64,000 bases of DNA from Eledone cirrhosa (lineage: Eukaryota). Positions 41,800 through 55,029 of the stretch are shown here, piece after piece. Every line of letters begins with the position of its first letter. Within the stretch, counting starts at the first letter, position 1. Location: assembly GCA_964016885.1 (NCBI GenBank), contig OZ024743.1, positions 101,122,001 through 101,186,000 on the forward strand, written 5' to 3'. The notes beneath the pieces are model-generated. The model made no database searches and was not told the DNA's origin. It saw only the letters and a list, made by a program, of their open reading frames with translations. The position numbers and the translations under genes were made by a program.

Positions 41800-42035
41800 T
41801 ATTCCATTCGGAGCATTTAGCAACACGAGATCTCCACCCAACATTGTCGAAAGCTGCCACGAGCCTGTTCCCAGGCTCATCTCATATCTGCCAAATCCTC
41901 ACCCACAAACCTCAATCAGATGTTAACAGGCCTGCCTTGCCTTCTACGCCCTCTTTCTAGCTTCCACTCGACAGAAGCTTTCACTAGTCTCTTTATGGGC
42001 ATGTGTAGTACGTGACCACGCATCTTCCGCCGGGC
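41800..42035 (-). mobile_element. RTE-like LINE 3' fragment
   Basis: Manual translation RGHVLHMPIKRLVKASVEWKLERGRRRQGRP. Confidence 0.65.
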
Positions 42036-42884
42036 ATTAAACTGAGTTGATTTTCAAAAACATTTACGAAACACAATACAGCAAATTGCTAAATTAATTC
42101 TAGATAAAGATATATTTTATCCTTTACTCAATAACTATTGAAGAGTCATAATCACTAGAGGGATTATGACTCGGGTTTAACAAGTGAAATGATCGTGTTT
42201 TGACATAGCTGAACCGCATTCAACTTTGTTGAGGTTAGGATCACGATTTTTTAAATAGTTTAGTCAGGAGGAAGGGGCAGTGGTCATAATCCCTTTCAGA
42301 GCCTCTGAAAATGGTTGAGGGAAGGATGGAGGAAGGGATCTTCAAACTGGAGAACTGGCCTGGATACTGGCATTTGATTAAGTCTACACTCGCCAACTAG
42401 GTCAATCTGGGATTGTAATTTAATGCACAAAAAGACAGAAAAAAAACACCAACGGAAGGCATCACATTAAAATCTAATTAGACATTGTCTAATCATTAGA
42501 TAGTGTCCAATGATGAGACAGTGTTTCATCATTAGACACTGTTACTTTATATATTGATTCCAAACAGATGAAAACTAAACTTGAGCTCTGCGAGATTTTA
42601 ATATTCTGCCAGTCCACTTCCCTTGGTTGGTATTTTATTTATCGATTTTATTTATCAATCTTAATCACTCTATATCAGTCAATATTCTGGCAATAGCTAG
42701 AACAAATACAGGTATTTTACGGCCAATTCACCTCCCTGGACAGATACCAGAACGATGAAAGTCGAGTTTGGCGGGGCTTAAACTAAGAACAGAAAGAGCC
42801 GAAATAAATAACACAAGACGTTCTGTTCGACGATTGTAACACTTCTGCCAATTCACTGCCTTTCAGGATATTATTGTTTAAAAG

Positions 42885-43104
42885 AGGCGGTGGATTGGCA
42901 GTATCAGTAGAGGGTTGGACGCCATGCTTTGCAGCATAGAGTTATGGTCCTTTACGTTCTAAGCTCAAATGCCGCCGAGGTTAGTTTTGCCTTTCATCCT
43001 TAAGGGGTCGATAAAATAAAGCATGAGTAATATACTGTGGTCGATTTAATCGACTTTCCCCTGCCCTTCAATTGCTGGTCTTGTGCCTAAAGTAGAAACA
43101 ATTA
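42885..43104 (+). mobile_element. SINE family A, long variant with extra gtcgatttaatcgac hairpin segment
   Basis: Full copy; tttaaaag duplicated on both sides. Confidence 0.88.
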
Positions 43105-43247
43105 TTTAAAAGGTTTGATGGGTTCGTAGGGCGTCGTCCTGACACAGTAGGTGTCGTGGACATTTAAAACCTGGCGGAGTCCATTCTTCTCCAGGTCGGG
43201 ACACAACTGATTTCTTTCAGAGAAAAAAAGGAAGAGACGGTGAGAAT

Positions 43248-43536
43248 GTGATAAGGAGAGATAGAGGATGACAGTGATAAGGAGAGATAGAGGATGACAG
43301 TGATAAGGAAAGATAGAGGATGACAGTGATAAGGAGAGATAGAGGATGACAGTGATAAGGAGAGATAGAGGATGACAGTGATAAGGAGAGATAGAGGATG
43401 ACAGTGATAAGGAGAGATAGAGGATGACAGTGATAAGGAGAGATAGAGGATGACAGTGATAAGGAGAGATAGAGGATGACAGTGATAAGGAGAGATAGAG
43501 GATGACAGTGATAAGGAGAGATAGAGGATGACAGTG
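43248..43536. repeat. Minisatellite, 26-bp unit GTGATAAGGAGAGATAGAGGATGACA
   Basis: 11 nearly identical tandem copies. Confidence 0.95.
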
Positions 43537-43809
43537 AACTGGTTCTTTAGTTATTGAATGAAGGAAAGCAAACGTTGACTTATCGACTCATCTAATCCGA
43601 AATAACCAATTCTCCACCCACAACCCAACTCTTTGTATTTAAAAGAAAAGAAGCTCTTATTAAATAATAATCTTAGCATCCCCTTCCCACATCAATAAAA
43701 AAAGACGTTTGTCACGGCTGGAATATATTTCATAATAGGTCAGCTCAACTAGAAGTAACCTGAAGTTAAAACAACATCCTATATGGCTATCCCCCCCCCC
43801 TACCCCCAC

Positions 43810-43856
<47 letters not shown>

Positions 43857-43859
<3 letters not shown>

Positions 43860-44179
43860 CGAAGGAAATGTGGTAAGGAACCAGGTGGACCATAACGCAC
43901 CAAAGTACTCAATACTTAGGGTAGTAGAGTGAGTAATAGGAACGAGTAGGACCCCGACGGCTGAGCTCAAGCCGTTTCGACGGCTAATTCTGGACTAAAA
44001 AAAAAAAAAAAATATTTTTTTTTATTTATTTTTTTTTTAGTCCAGAATTAGCCGTCGAAACGGCTTGAGCTCAGCCGTCGGGGTCCTACTCGTTCCTATT
44101 ACTCACTCTACTACCCTAAGTATTGAGTACTTTGGTGCGTTATGGTCCACCAGGTTCCTTACCACATTTCCTTCGTTAT
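43857..44179. mobile_element. Palindromic (TA)n-flanked element: two ~143-bp inverted copies of the 25234-family 3' end joined by A/T tracts
   Basis: 43857-44000 matches 25234-25375 almost exactly and is mirrored at 44037-44179; contains only the 3' half of the hammerhead. Confidence 0.9.
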
Positions 44180-44186
44180 ATATATA

Positions 44187-44258
<72 letters not shown>

Positions 44259-44416
44259 GCAAAAGTTCTATTTAAAATTGTTGGGATACAACAAGTAAAT
44301 ATTTTTATAACTGATATAAAGCACTCGACAAGTATTTGGAGTAGATATACGATATTAATAAATGGAAACTATATTTATTAAAACTATATTAAAACTATAT
44401 TTATTAAAACCATATT

Positions 44417-44481
44417 TATTTCATTATACATATTTCAGGGATACCAAATTAAATTATGGTATGCCTTCATCAGACAAAATA
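44417..44481 (-). ncRNA. Type I hammerhead motif in a (TA)n-flanked element (~44260-44558) related to 20040-20330
   Basis: Minus strand: tattttgt-CTGATGA-aggcataccataatttaatttggtatccct-GAAA-tatgta-TA-atgaaata. Confidence 0.82.
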
Positions 44482-44554
44482 CAATATATAACAGTTTTAC
44501 AAATAAGCTTTGACGTACCCTATTAAAATGCAACCATTAATTTTGGAAGCCATC

Positions 44555-44673
<119 letters not shown>

Positions 44674-45317
44674 ATATACACAGTATATACAGTATAAACA
44701 CGCACACATATATATATTTGTTTTTATATTCACACATATTTTCCTCCGCTGTGACCCGTCTATTTCGTTCTTACTGCTTCCTCTGTATCTTTCACCTCCC
44801 TTTACCCTCTCTAACAGTCACTCTCTCTGTTAGCCTCTTCCTCACCCTTCACTCACTCACTCTCTGCTACTACCTCTCCTACTTCCTCCCGTTTGACCTG
44901 TTCGTAATTCTTTTCTCGCGCACGCTTGACCAGGTTGGTTGTTCCTTTTTTCTCTCTTGTCTACGATTTCACAGAACTTATGTTCACCGAATTCAGGGAC
45001 TAGACTCCTTCTTCCTTCCGTTTGACCTGTGCGGAATTCCTTCCTTGCTCACATTTCGACTAGGTTTGATGGTCTTTATTCTCTCTCGTTCACGATTTCA
45101 CCGAACTTATATTCATGGAAATCTGGGACTTGACTCTTTCTTCCTCACTTTCCGTTGCATTACCATCTTTGTTTGTTTACAGTCTCGCTCGTTCCCCTTA
45201 TTTACGTGTCCCAATGACTTTCTTTAGCCGTTGCTCGCACCAACCGGAGGTATATGGTCTTTAAAGCGATGAAATACCAATGAAGGTTGGAAGATCACTG
45301 ATGAAGGACTAACTTTA

Positions 45318-45356
<39 letters not shown>

Positions 45357-45370
45357 TGTATATATATATA

Positions 45371-45870
45371 CTAGCTGGCCCGGCTAGGTATACCGGCATT
45401 TTATCTTTTCAGGATTCCCCCCTCCACTCCAGTGTAAAGATACCGCACGCCCTCTCAAGTCTGCGAGGGTGGGTGGGGGTGGGGGTAGCGTGCTCTGATG
45501 TTTAGTTTGAATAGGTTTTAAGATTCCCCAGTTTAGCAGCCAGTACGTTAAAAAAAATTCATAGTTACAACAATAAAGGCTGAACAGAGAACACATTTTT
45601 TAACAAACTTTACAATAATTTGTACAACCATAATGGAAATTCTAAGTAACAGAAAATAAATAAATTACATTGTTAGAGTCTCAGAGTATACAATATTTTT
45701 TGTTCGGCCCTCGGGAGCAAAGATGAAGAGATTGTTTGGCGAGCTCACCCTAGAGTATCCTACATACAATTGACCATGGGAGAAGCATGGTATTCCAAGA
45801 TGAAGGCCAGCCACTTTTAGGGTTTGACCCTGAGTTTTGTTGATGGTAATCGCGATATTGATGGTAATTG
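45371..45870 (-). mobile_element. Helitron 3' end with RepHel (Pif1-like helicase) C-terminal fragment
   Basis: AITINKTQGQTLKVAGLHLGIPCFSHGQLYVGYSRV..TKNIVYSETL* (45665-45860); subterminal hairpin ccggtatacctagccgg and terminal CTAG at 45371-45374. Confidence 0.92.
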
Positions 45871-46040
45871 CTCTAGTAACATTTTTTCTTCTGGAAAATC
45901 TGATCTTGCGGCCAGGCTGGGACTTTTTGGGTGGCATATCGGCAGTAACAATGACGACAAGCCGTCTGTGGTTTCGTGAAATAAATACGTTTGTTTATAT
46001 TTTGTTTTTGTGTATGCAAAAATATCTGTACACGAATATA

Positions 46041-46084
<44 letters not shown>

Positions 46085-46177
46085 TGTCTTCATTTATTAA
46101 TATTCTGAATAATATATATATATATATATATATAATTATACATTCGAGAAAAACCGCAGACTCTCCATCTCAACTCT

Positions 46178-46215
46178 ACTTTTGAAAAGCAGAAGAACTG
46201 CGAAACCGGTAAATG
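46178..46215 (+). ncRNA. Minimal hammerhead motif, U3-A8 core
   Basis: TTGAAAA-gcagaagaactgc-GAAA-ccgg-TA; stem I only 2 bp; (TA)n-flanked. Confidence 0.55.
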
Positions 46216-46288
46216 AACCAAATAAATATATATATATATATTTTAAAAATAAGACTCCAGTTGTATTTTCGATTTCATCTTTTTTCTT

Positions 46289-46355
<67 letters not shown>

Positions 46356-46398
46356 CAGAATATTAATAAATGAAGACATTCACATAATCAAAATATAT

Positions 46399-46462
46399 GT
46401 TTTATTATATATATTTCGAAGATACTGTGCTCTTTTTTCAGTACGTCCTCGTCAGATAAAAC
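46399..46462 (-). ncRNA. Type I hammerhead motif
   Basis: Minus strand: gttttat-CTGACGA-ggacgtactg..cagtatcttc-GAAA-tatata-TA-ataaaac; 7-bp stem I. Confidence 0.85.
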
Positions 46463-46564
46463 TCCAGAAAACTTCTTTGTAGAGTGCTTTTAATCTATTG
46501 TAAAACTATATTCATTGAGTAATCAATGAACCATATTAATCTTTGATCATTATATATATATATA

Positions 46565-46870
46565 TTAAAATAACAGATTAAAGTTTAAGCAAAGAATCGC
46601 TGCTTTCACCCTTAATGGGATCTTCTGACACTAAAAAAATCAATCTGTGAACGCAGAAGTAAATATTTCGAAAAACGTTGCAACCGAAGGAAAACGGGAA
46701 GACGATATTTTGGTTCGTGAAGACGTTCCCTGGCAATGAACGGAAAAAAGCGAAGATAATACGTCAGCAATGAGAACAATATTTGCTCTAGGGTTTTTAT
46801 ATATTTGATATATATTTATCCTTATCGAGCCCTCTTTGGATTTTAGTCTTCACATTTATTATTATTACTA
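46565..46870. mobile_element. CAGAAGA-hammerhead family copy: inverted arm followed by direct 3' tail
   Basis: 46565-46640 matches 25120-25198; 46778-46870 matches 27674-27770. Confidence 0.75.
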
Positions 46871-46871
46871 A

Positions 46872-46966
<95 letters not shown>

Positions 46967-46967
46967 T

Positions 46968-47385
46968 TGAGAGGGCGTGCGGTATCTTTACACTGAATTA
47001 ATTAAAAGTTGGTTAGAAGGGAAGTCAATGCAGACAAGCAGCCAGACATACAGATATTATAAGCGTGAGATATTATAGCTATGTATCTAATGCAGACAGA
47101 GACATATTATAAGGGCGCGACGTTATAGCTATGTATCTATATAAAAAGACAGACTAAGAAAGAGAGAGGAATGTCGTATAACCGGAAGTGTTGACATTTG
47201 AACATTTACAAAAAGTGAATATTTAAATAAACGATAAAATATCTTTAATCTTTTAACGAAATTTAGATGACAAAAATACCCTCACTTTCTGACTTGGAAA
47301 AAGTTATATCTATGATGCAAATTTGGTGCTGTTTAATCCAACCGTTTGGCGAAAAGTTTGCTACATACATACGGCCGTCAGCTTC

Positions 47386-47390
<5 letters not shown>
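46968..47390 (-). mobile_element. Probable Helitron 5' terminal region
   Basis: Shares 28 bp (gagagggcgtgcggtatctttacactg) with the Helitron 3' region at ~45430-45458; ends in aaatttggtg..ccaaccgtttggc..acatacatac..ataatatata, a pattern I associate with non-autonomous Helitron 5' ends. Confidence 0.5.
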
Positions 47391-47433
<43 letters not shown>

Positions 47434-47517
47434 GCTGACGGCCGTATGTATGTAGCAAACTTATATATATATAAAAAAACGAAAAATCAGTGACACCATA
47501 GCTACCACTATACACAA

Positions 47518-47606
<89 letters not shown>

Positions 47607-47612
<6 letters not shown>

Positions 47613-47704
47613 GTCCTCCAAAAGTGTATATACAAAGGCTGTGCATTCTAATAAATATTGCCTGTACAGGTAATCAAAGTATGTATACATTTTTTTGGGA
47701 CACA

Positions 47705-47710
<6 letters not shown>
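47607..47710. mobile_element. ~100-bp Tc1/mariner-type MITE in (TA)n
   Basis: Imperfect TIRs tagggtgtcctccaaaagtgtata / tatacattttttgggacacactgta. Confidence 0.65.
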
Positions 47711-48737
<1,027 letters not shown>

Positions 48738-48892
48738 TACACGCACTCATATATCTTCATGGCAGTGCTCCACCATAGCCGCAGCTCACGAGCTAAGACA
48801 GGTAAAATAGTACAGACGCGCACGTCGGAATTCCGCACAGTTGGTCAACTCGCGTCTACAGTAGAAGACCCACCACCGCTACCACCAACAGC

Positions 48893-48923
<31 letters not shown>

Positions 48924-50089
48924 GCAACAAGAACTGTGTAATAAGCGGCTAATGCTTGTCATGGAAAAAGGGTGTATTTTTTATTGTTTTGTTATTTTAA
49001 CAAATAATTGCTTCACAGCTTACGTAATGGACGTTGGTTTGTCCAGCTCTGAGGTCGTCATCTGACTGACAGCAGGAATTAAAAATACCGACTGAATGTG
49101 TTTGATGTGGTTGATGTTTGAACTACGGCAGGATCTTGCTTGCTACAGTCAGATGCATGGGAAATGTCTGCTGCTGTTTTCTCAGCATCTTGCTTGTTAA
49201 ACATTGCCAATTACTCTACTATACAATAAACGAACAACAACAAATAATACATAAATAAATGAAAATAATAAATAAAAAACATAGGCGTATCTATGGCTGC
49301 ATGGTTAAGGAGTTAGCTTCGTAACTATGTAACTCTGGGTTCAGTCCCGCTGCATGGCGATTTGGGCAAATGTATTCTACTATTGCCTCGAGTTGACCCA
49401 TGTCTTGTAATTGGAATTTGATTGACGCAAACTGCAGAAGCCCCTCGTACACACTCACACATATACACACACACATACGCACAGGCACACACACACACAC
49501 ACTCTGTCTCCCTCTCTCTCTTTCTCTCACACACACACACACATACACACATACACACACACACACACACAGAATTATGTGCGTGTGTGCGTCCGTGAGT
49601 ATGCTTACGTGTTTGGGTCTGTGTTTACGGACTGCAACCTAACGGTTCGACAAAAAGAGACCGATGAAATAAGTACCAGGAGTCGCAGTCTAATGACTGA
49701 AACTAGTAAAACAGCAGAATAGAAAAACCCTATCTGTCTCTGTATATAAATAATCTGTGTGTTTGTGTGTGTGTGTTTTGCAAGATGTCTTATCTGAAAA
49801 CGTGTTTTGAAACAGATATTGTTATACTTTGGGAGGGTCATGCAGCCAATAAAACACACATGCACCTGTGTCTTCACTTTAATTTATTACAAATTTCCGG
49901 TTGGTTGGTTTAATAACCGGATGGTTGTTTATTTATTGTCAAAGCTCTTTCGTCACACATTCTGTGACCTCAGTGATTAATTTGTTATTTTGTGTCTCTC
50001 CTATGCCATCTTGTTTTTACAAAAGCAAGATGGTATAGGGTGTGACAACGATGCAATACTTATGTCTCAGAGCGGTATACGGCCCTGTA

Positions 50090-50785
50090 GACTCTGAGTT
50101 CTGTCTTTGTTTTGACGTTATTGTTTCTCCACACCCTCTAGTTTAGTCTCCCAAAGGCCCTGCTGGCTTTGGTTAGTCTGTTGTTAAATTCTTATCAATT
50201 CTAATGTCGACGGAAATGACCCTCCCAAGATAGCAGAATTGCTGCACAGCATTCAGCTTTGCCTGCTTGATGGACATGTATGGTGGATGGTAAATATCTT
50301 GGGGAGCAGGTTGGTAAAGGACTTCCGTCGTCTTCAAGCTGACCTCCAGGCTAAAGAGATAGAAGCGTTTGCAAAGCATGGGGTTTGGCGTTGAATCGTT
50401 TTTTCTGTGTGCTCAATAAGCGCGGCATCGTCAGCAAACATAAACTCTCGGATCAGTTTCTCTGTAGTCTTGGAATGTGCCTGCAACCGTCGCTGGTTGA
50501 AGAGGCTTCCATCAATGCGAAATCTAATGTCCCCTTTCAGATTTTTCATGGTTTGTTTCAGCATTATGCTGAAAAATAAGAACAGAATTGGAGCGAGAAC
50601 GCAACCTTGCTTCACGCCGTTAATGATTTGGAAGGGCTGAGATAGATTATTTGCAAGTCTGACCACCCCAAGCCGTCTGTCATGGAGCTGGGAAATCATG
50701 CTAAGGAAGTTTGGTGGGCAGCCCAGCTTTTCCAGAATTTGCCACAGACCTTACCTGCTAACGGTGTCAAACGTATTTCTGGACA
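50090..50785 (-). mobile_element. RTE (BovB-like) LINE RT fragment
   Basis: GVKQGCVLAPILF, IRFRIDGSLFNQRRLQA, FADDAAL, ISLKKTEVLYQPAP-like, QFCYLG. Confidence 0.9.
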
Positions 50786-50829
50786 GAATCCACCAAACCG
50801 CAATGTAACTTTTCACTTCGTTCTCTCCC

Positions 50830-51490
50830 TGATTGACTGCTGGGTTCCTTGTCTCCTGGTTTATGGCCTGTTATGATATGAATTCGGAATTCCCAAGGCT
50901 CTCTTTATTGGATCTACTATATACTCATATTCTAGTGATGCTACTAATCGTTTTCCCAGCTCTATTGTTGATGATCACAGATAGAGCCACACATGCAGAG
51001 ATTCCTGGAAATTCTAGCCACTTGTTAATATAGATGTTCTATTTCAGCTCAATGGACATTACATGTGTTTGTACGACATCGCACATCAATGGCCACAGCA
51101 GTTTGGCACTCACAGTGCAAACTGTATACTCCAGAGCTTGGGTACAGAGAAAAGCGAGTGCATTGTCGGCTAACTTATTTCTGTCGTTAAGTGGCCTATC
51201 ATATAGCTTCTCAAGGTTCTTTACAGGCTTCTCCACTATTGTTGGCATAACTTTACTTTTGACCACCAACTTCACTTCCTTTGACAAAGATCATACGCCA
51301 CGATTTCCTTGCCGTAAAATGCCATCTTGCCCATGTTATGAAATCATACAGTCAGCGCAGCATTACATCATTGGCTTCTCGTTTTTTGCCAACAATCCTT
51401 AATTATCCACGAAAGTTTTCTTTTGGGACCGGATCTACATTTTGTGATCGTGAAAGACTTTTCCTCGTAGGATGACCTTCATTCTAGGCA
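50830..51490 (-). mobile_element. Decayed HERO-like (R2-group) non-LTR retrotransposon fragment
   Basis: MPTIVEKPVKNLEKLYDRPLND, AKLLWPLM, INKWLEFP..VAL resemble recalled post-RT motifs of HERO elements. Confidence 0.55.
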
Positions 51491-51819
51491 TATAACTAAT
51501 AATCTACATTTGCCTGTGTCAAGCTGTGTCAAGCCGTGTCAAGCTACATTCAGCCTGTGTCAAGTCGTTGTTTAATTGTTTGTGGTAAAGTTCATGTAGA
51601 TCTTGCAGTAGTAGACTATCATCATTCCGCGAGAACCAGAATAACTTAAAGCAGTTTGTGAAAAACCGAACACAAAACATTTTCCAGGTGAAGCCACACA
51701 ATTGTTTACATCACAGATCAAAGCCGAATTTTCTCTGCATCTTGATACATCTAAACATATTGAATAACGTAGCTGAAGGCATATAATATTTATGCATGGT
51801 TACATAACTCCCAATGGAG

Positions 51820-52090
51820 TCGTAGGGGCTGTGTTAAGATATGGTGTTTCCAGGTCATTTCTAAACCTGGCGGATCCCATCTCCTTTCCAGGTCTGAATA
51901 CAGCAGAGTTCTTCCAGAGAAGGATAGAGAGACTGAAAGAAAGAAGAATCGACCCCAGTACTAGACTGGTACTTTTTTTATCGACCTCGAAAGGATGAAA
52001 GGCAAAGTTGACCTCGGCGGAATTTGAACTCAGAGAGTAGAGAGCCAGAGCGAATACCACAAAGCATTTTATCCGACGTTCTAACGACTT
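51820..52090 (-). mobile_element. SINE family C
   Basis: Colinear with 58450-58781. Confidence 0.75.
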
Positions 52091-52238
52091 AAAAAATTAC
52101 GGTTAGAATTCCTTTGATAATAGGTCTTTTCAATCAGAGGTCAACAGCAGAATAACAATTTACCAAAACAGATAAAACCCTTTGTTGAAATTTTTGTGCG
52201 TGGAACATCTGAAGAATAAAACTCATTATTATCACTTA

Positions 52239-52935
52239 GGGCGGTGGATTGGCAGTATCGGTAGAGGGTCGGACGCCATGCTTTGACGCATGGAGTTACG
52301 GCCCTTGCCATTCTGTGCTCAAATCCCGCCGAGGTTAACTTTGCGTTTCATCCTTACGGGGTCGATAAAATAAAGTACCAGTAATATACTGGGTAATTGC
52401 GGGCCTTGTGTCTAAAGTAGAAACAAATATATTATATTATATTCCCGACATATATAATTGTTTCTATTTTTAGGCACAAGGTCAGCAATTACTCAGTACA
52501 TTACTGGTACTTTATTTTATCGACCCCGTAAGGATGAAAGGCAAAGTTAACCTCGGCGGGATTTGAACTCAGAATGGTAAGAGCCGTAACTTTATGCGTC
52601 AAAGCATGGCGTCCGACCCTCTACCGATACTGCCAATCCACTGCCATTATACTATAATATGGTATGCATGTGTATATATATATATATATATATGTGTTGT
52701 ATTATATTATATTGTATTATTATATTTACAAAATTAAAAAAAAACAAGGGCGGTGAATTGGCAGTATCGGTAGAGGGTTGGACAACATGCTTTCTAGCAT
52801 AGTTACGTCCCTTTACAGTCTGAGTTCAAATCCCGCCGAGGTTAACTTTGCCTTTCATCCTTACGGGGTCGATAAAATAAAGTACCAGTAATGTACTGGT
52901 TAATTGCTGGCCTTGTGCCTAAAGTAGAAACAATT
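52239..52935. mobile_element. Three SINE family A copies (+ 52239-52427, - 52455-52645, + 52748-52935) inside one 15-bp direct repeat
   Basis: attattatcacttag at 52225-52239 and 52933-52947. Confidence 0.88.
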
Positions 52936-53242
52936 ATTATCACTTAGCAGAATCGTTTGAGCGTCGGATAAAATGCTTTGAGTTATTTTTCCTGGATTTT
53001 TACATTCTGAGTTCAAATCCCGGCTAGGTCGATTTGGCTTTTAATTTACGGTATTGCGCCTGTGTCACAACTTATTTCAATTACTATATATACATATATA
53101 TATATATGCATATACACATACACACTTATATATATATATATATATATATATATAGATATATAGATACGTACATATGTATGTGTATTTATATATCTATATG
53201 TAAGTATGCATGTATGTATGTGTATGGCTATGTCTGTATATG

Positions 53243-53275
<33 letters not shown>

Positions 53276-54151
53276 GTATATATGTGTATGTGTGTGTGTG
53301 TGTACATATAAATATATGTATGTATATATATATCGCTCCCTATTTTTGAATATATATATTGAAGTATCTAGTTGTCCACTGCATGTTGTCAAAGCAAAAT
53401 TAATCCGTAGTGTTTGATGATAGATTTGTGTCAGACTGCGCATTGGTCCTCTAATAACTTGCTAACACAACAGATGTAGTCTAATGGAGCACATCTTCTT
53501 CGTTTGGCCAACTGCTTACCTTCACCCACTCTCATGTTAATGTTAGCTAGAACTAGCATCGAGTTGAAAATGATTGACAGGCAGTCAGGCAGACAGATAT
53601 GCAGACAAAAAGACAAGTCGACAGGTGGCGTGACAAGCTAACTGGGAAGGAAAATAACTCGAGATATACAGATAACATAGGGAACACGATAGCTGATAGA
53701 TACACACGGTCATGGTAGAGATTTCTTGGTGAGACCACCTCCACGAATATAATAACATCACGTGGGGACCACACGTTAACTCTTAACGTCCTGAACCACA
53801 CGAAACCACATTAACAAAATATTCCCTAAGCACCTCTGTCCACATTTTTTTCTGTCTATAATTTCTGAAATATATAGTGATCCACTATATTCGAAAGTAT
53901 AAAACAACATTATGGCTGTATCACATTAACAGTACAAATCTTTAATACTGCAAAGATTTGTCCTCTAGTAAAGATAACATATTTTTAGTAAATGTTTGCT
54001 AAATGTTTACAGTCCGTAATATACAATGTACAATATATACATATATATATAAATATATATATACAGTATGTATGTTTGTATGTATGTATGTATGTATGTA
54101 TGTATGTATGTATGTATGTATGTATGTATGTATGTATGTATGTATGTATGT

Positions 54152-54712
54152 TATGTCAGGTCACCAGTTGGTGCTACTGGTAACATGTATCCCAGTACAA
54201 CCTGTCTCATGGTCGGGTCGTTGGCGACTAAACTGGCAACCCCACCAAGGTTTCTTGGTGAGGAGGGTGACTTTGGACATCCTGCAGGACTAAAAACAAA
54301 ACCTGTCAAAGGGCAAAGGAGCTCTTAAGAGTCAATGGCAATCCAAAATCACCGGGAGAGATGACCCCTTAGCCTTTGTCAAGGCAGAATTCTAGGAGTA
54401 GGAAAACTCTGATATAACACCTGCAACTCTGATGGTATCCAATGATGTTGACTTGTTCTTCTTTTTGGTAAATATCATCTTGGTTAAGAGAGTGGGACTG
54501 GCTTTGTGCAGTGCCTTTGCTCACTATAAAAGCCTCATGGAACAGGCATTGCTTTATATCTGGAGATCTCTCTGCATGGGCCCAGCACTATGTCACAGAG
54601 TTTTCAAGTCGCTGGCTGGACTAAAAGGTCACACTCGTTCAGCGCATCGGTGGGAGTTCTCCTACATGGATATAAAGTAGTGGCCATACTCGAAAACGAG
54701 TTGGCAGCCACC
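54152..54712 (+). mobile_element. Non-autonomous RTE-like element (5'UTR-like part plus 3' tail) embedded in (TATG)n
   Basis: Ends in ctcgaaaacgagttggcagcca + (TATG)n, the same 3' hairpin seen at ~55345 and ~55648; inverted partial copy at 54810-54975 and direct partial copy at ~55385-55670. Confidence 0.6.
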
Positions 54713-55029
54713 ATGTATGTATGTATGTATGTATGTATGTATGTATGTATGTATGTATGTATGTATGTATGTATGTATGTATGCACAGCCACACACACAT
54801 TTACACGGTATTTGGATGGTCGTTGACTCTATTGAGTTCCTTCGTCCTTTGTCGAGTTTTGTTTTTCATCCCGCAGGGTGTCGAAATACCACCCTCCTCA
54901 CCAAGCAAACTTGGTGGGGTTACCGGTTTAGTCGCCGACGACCCAACCATGCAACAGGTTGTACTGGATTACATCTTAACGGTAGCTTTCAAGAGCGACC
55001 TGACACACTGAGGCTGTTCTGAACTGCCT

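Noticed and set aside
45299-45320. CTGATGA next to (TA)n
   Set aside because: No downstream GAAA or stem III; at most a truncated remnant.
45665-45937. Host PIF1 helicase gene
   Set aside because: Fragment only, followed by a Helitron hairpin and CTAG terminus; transposon origin is the better explanation.
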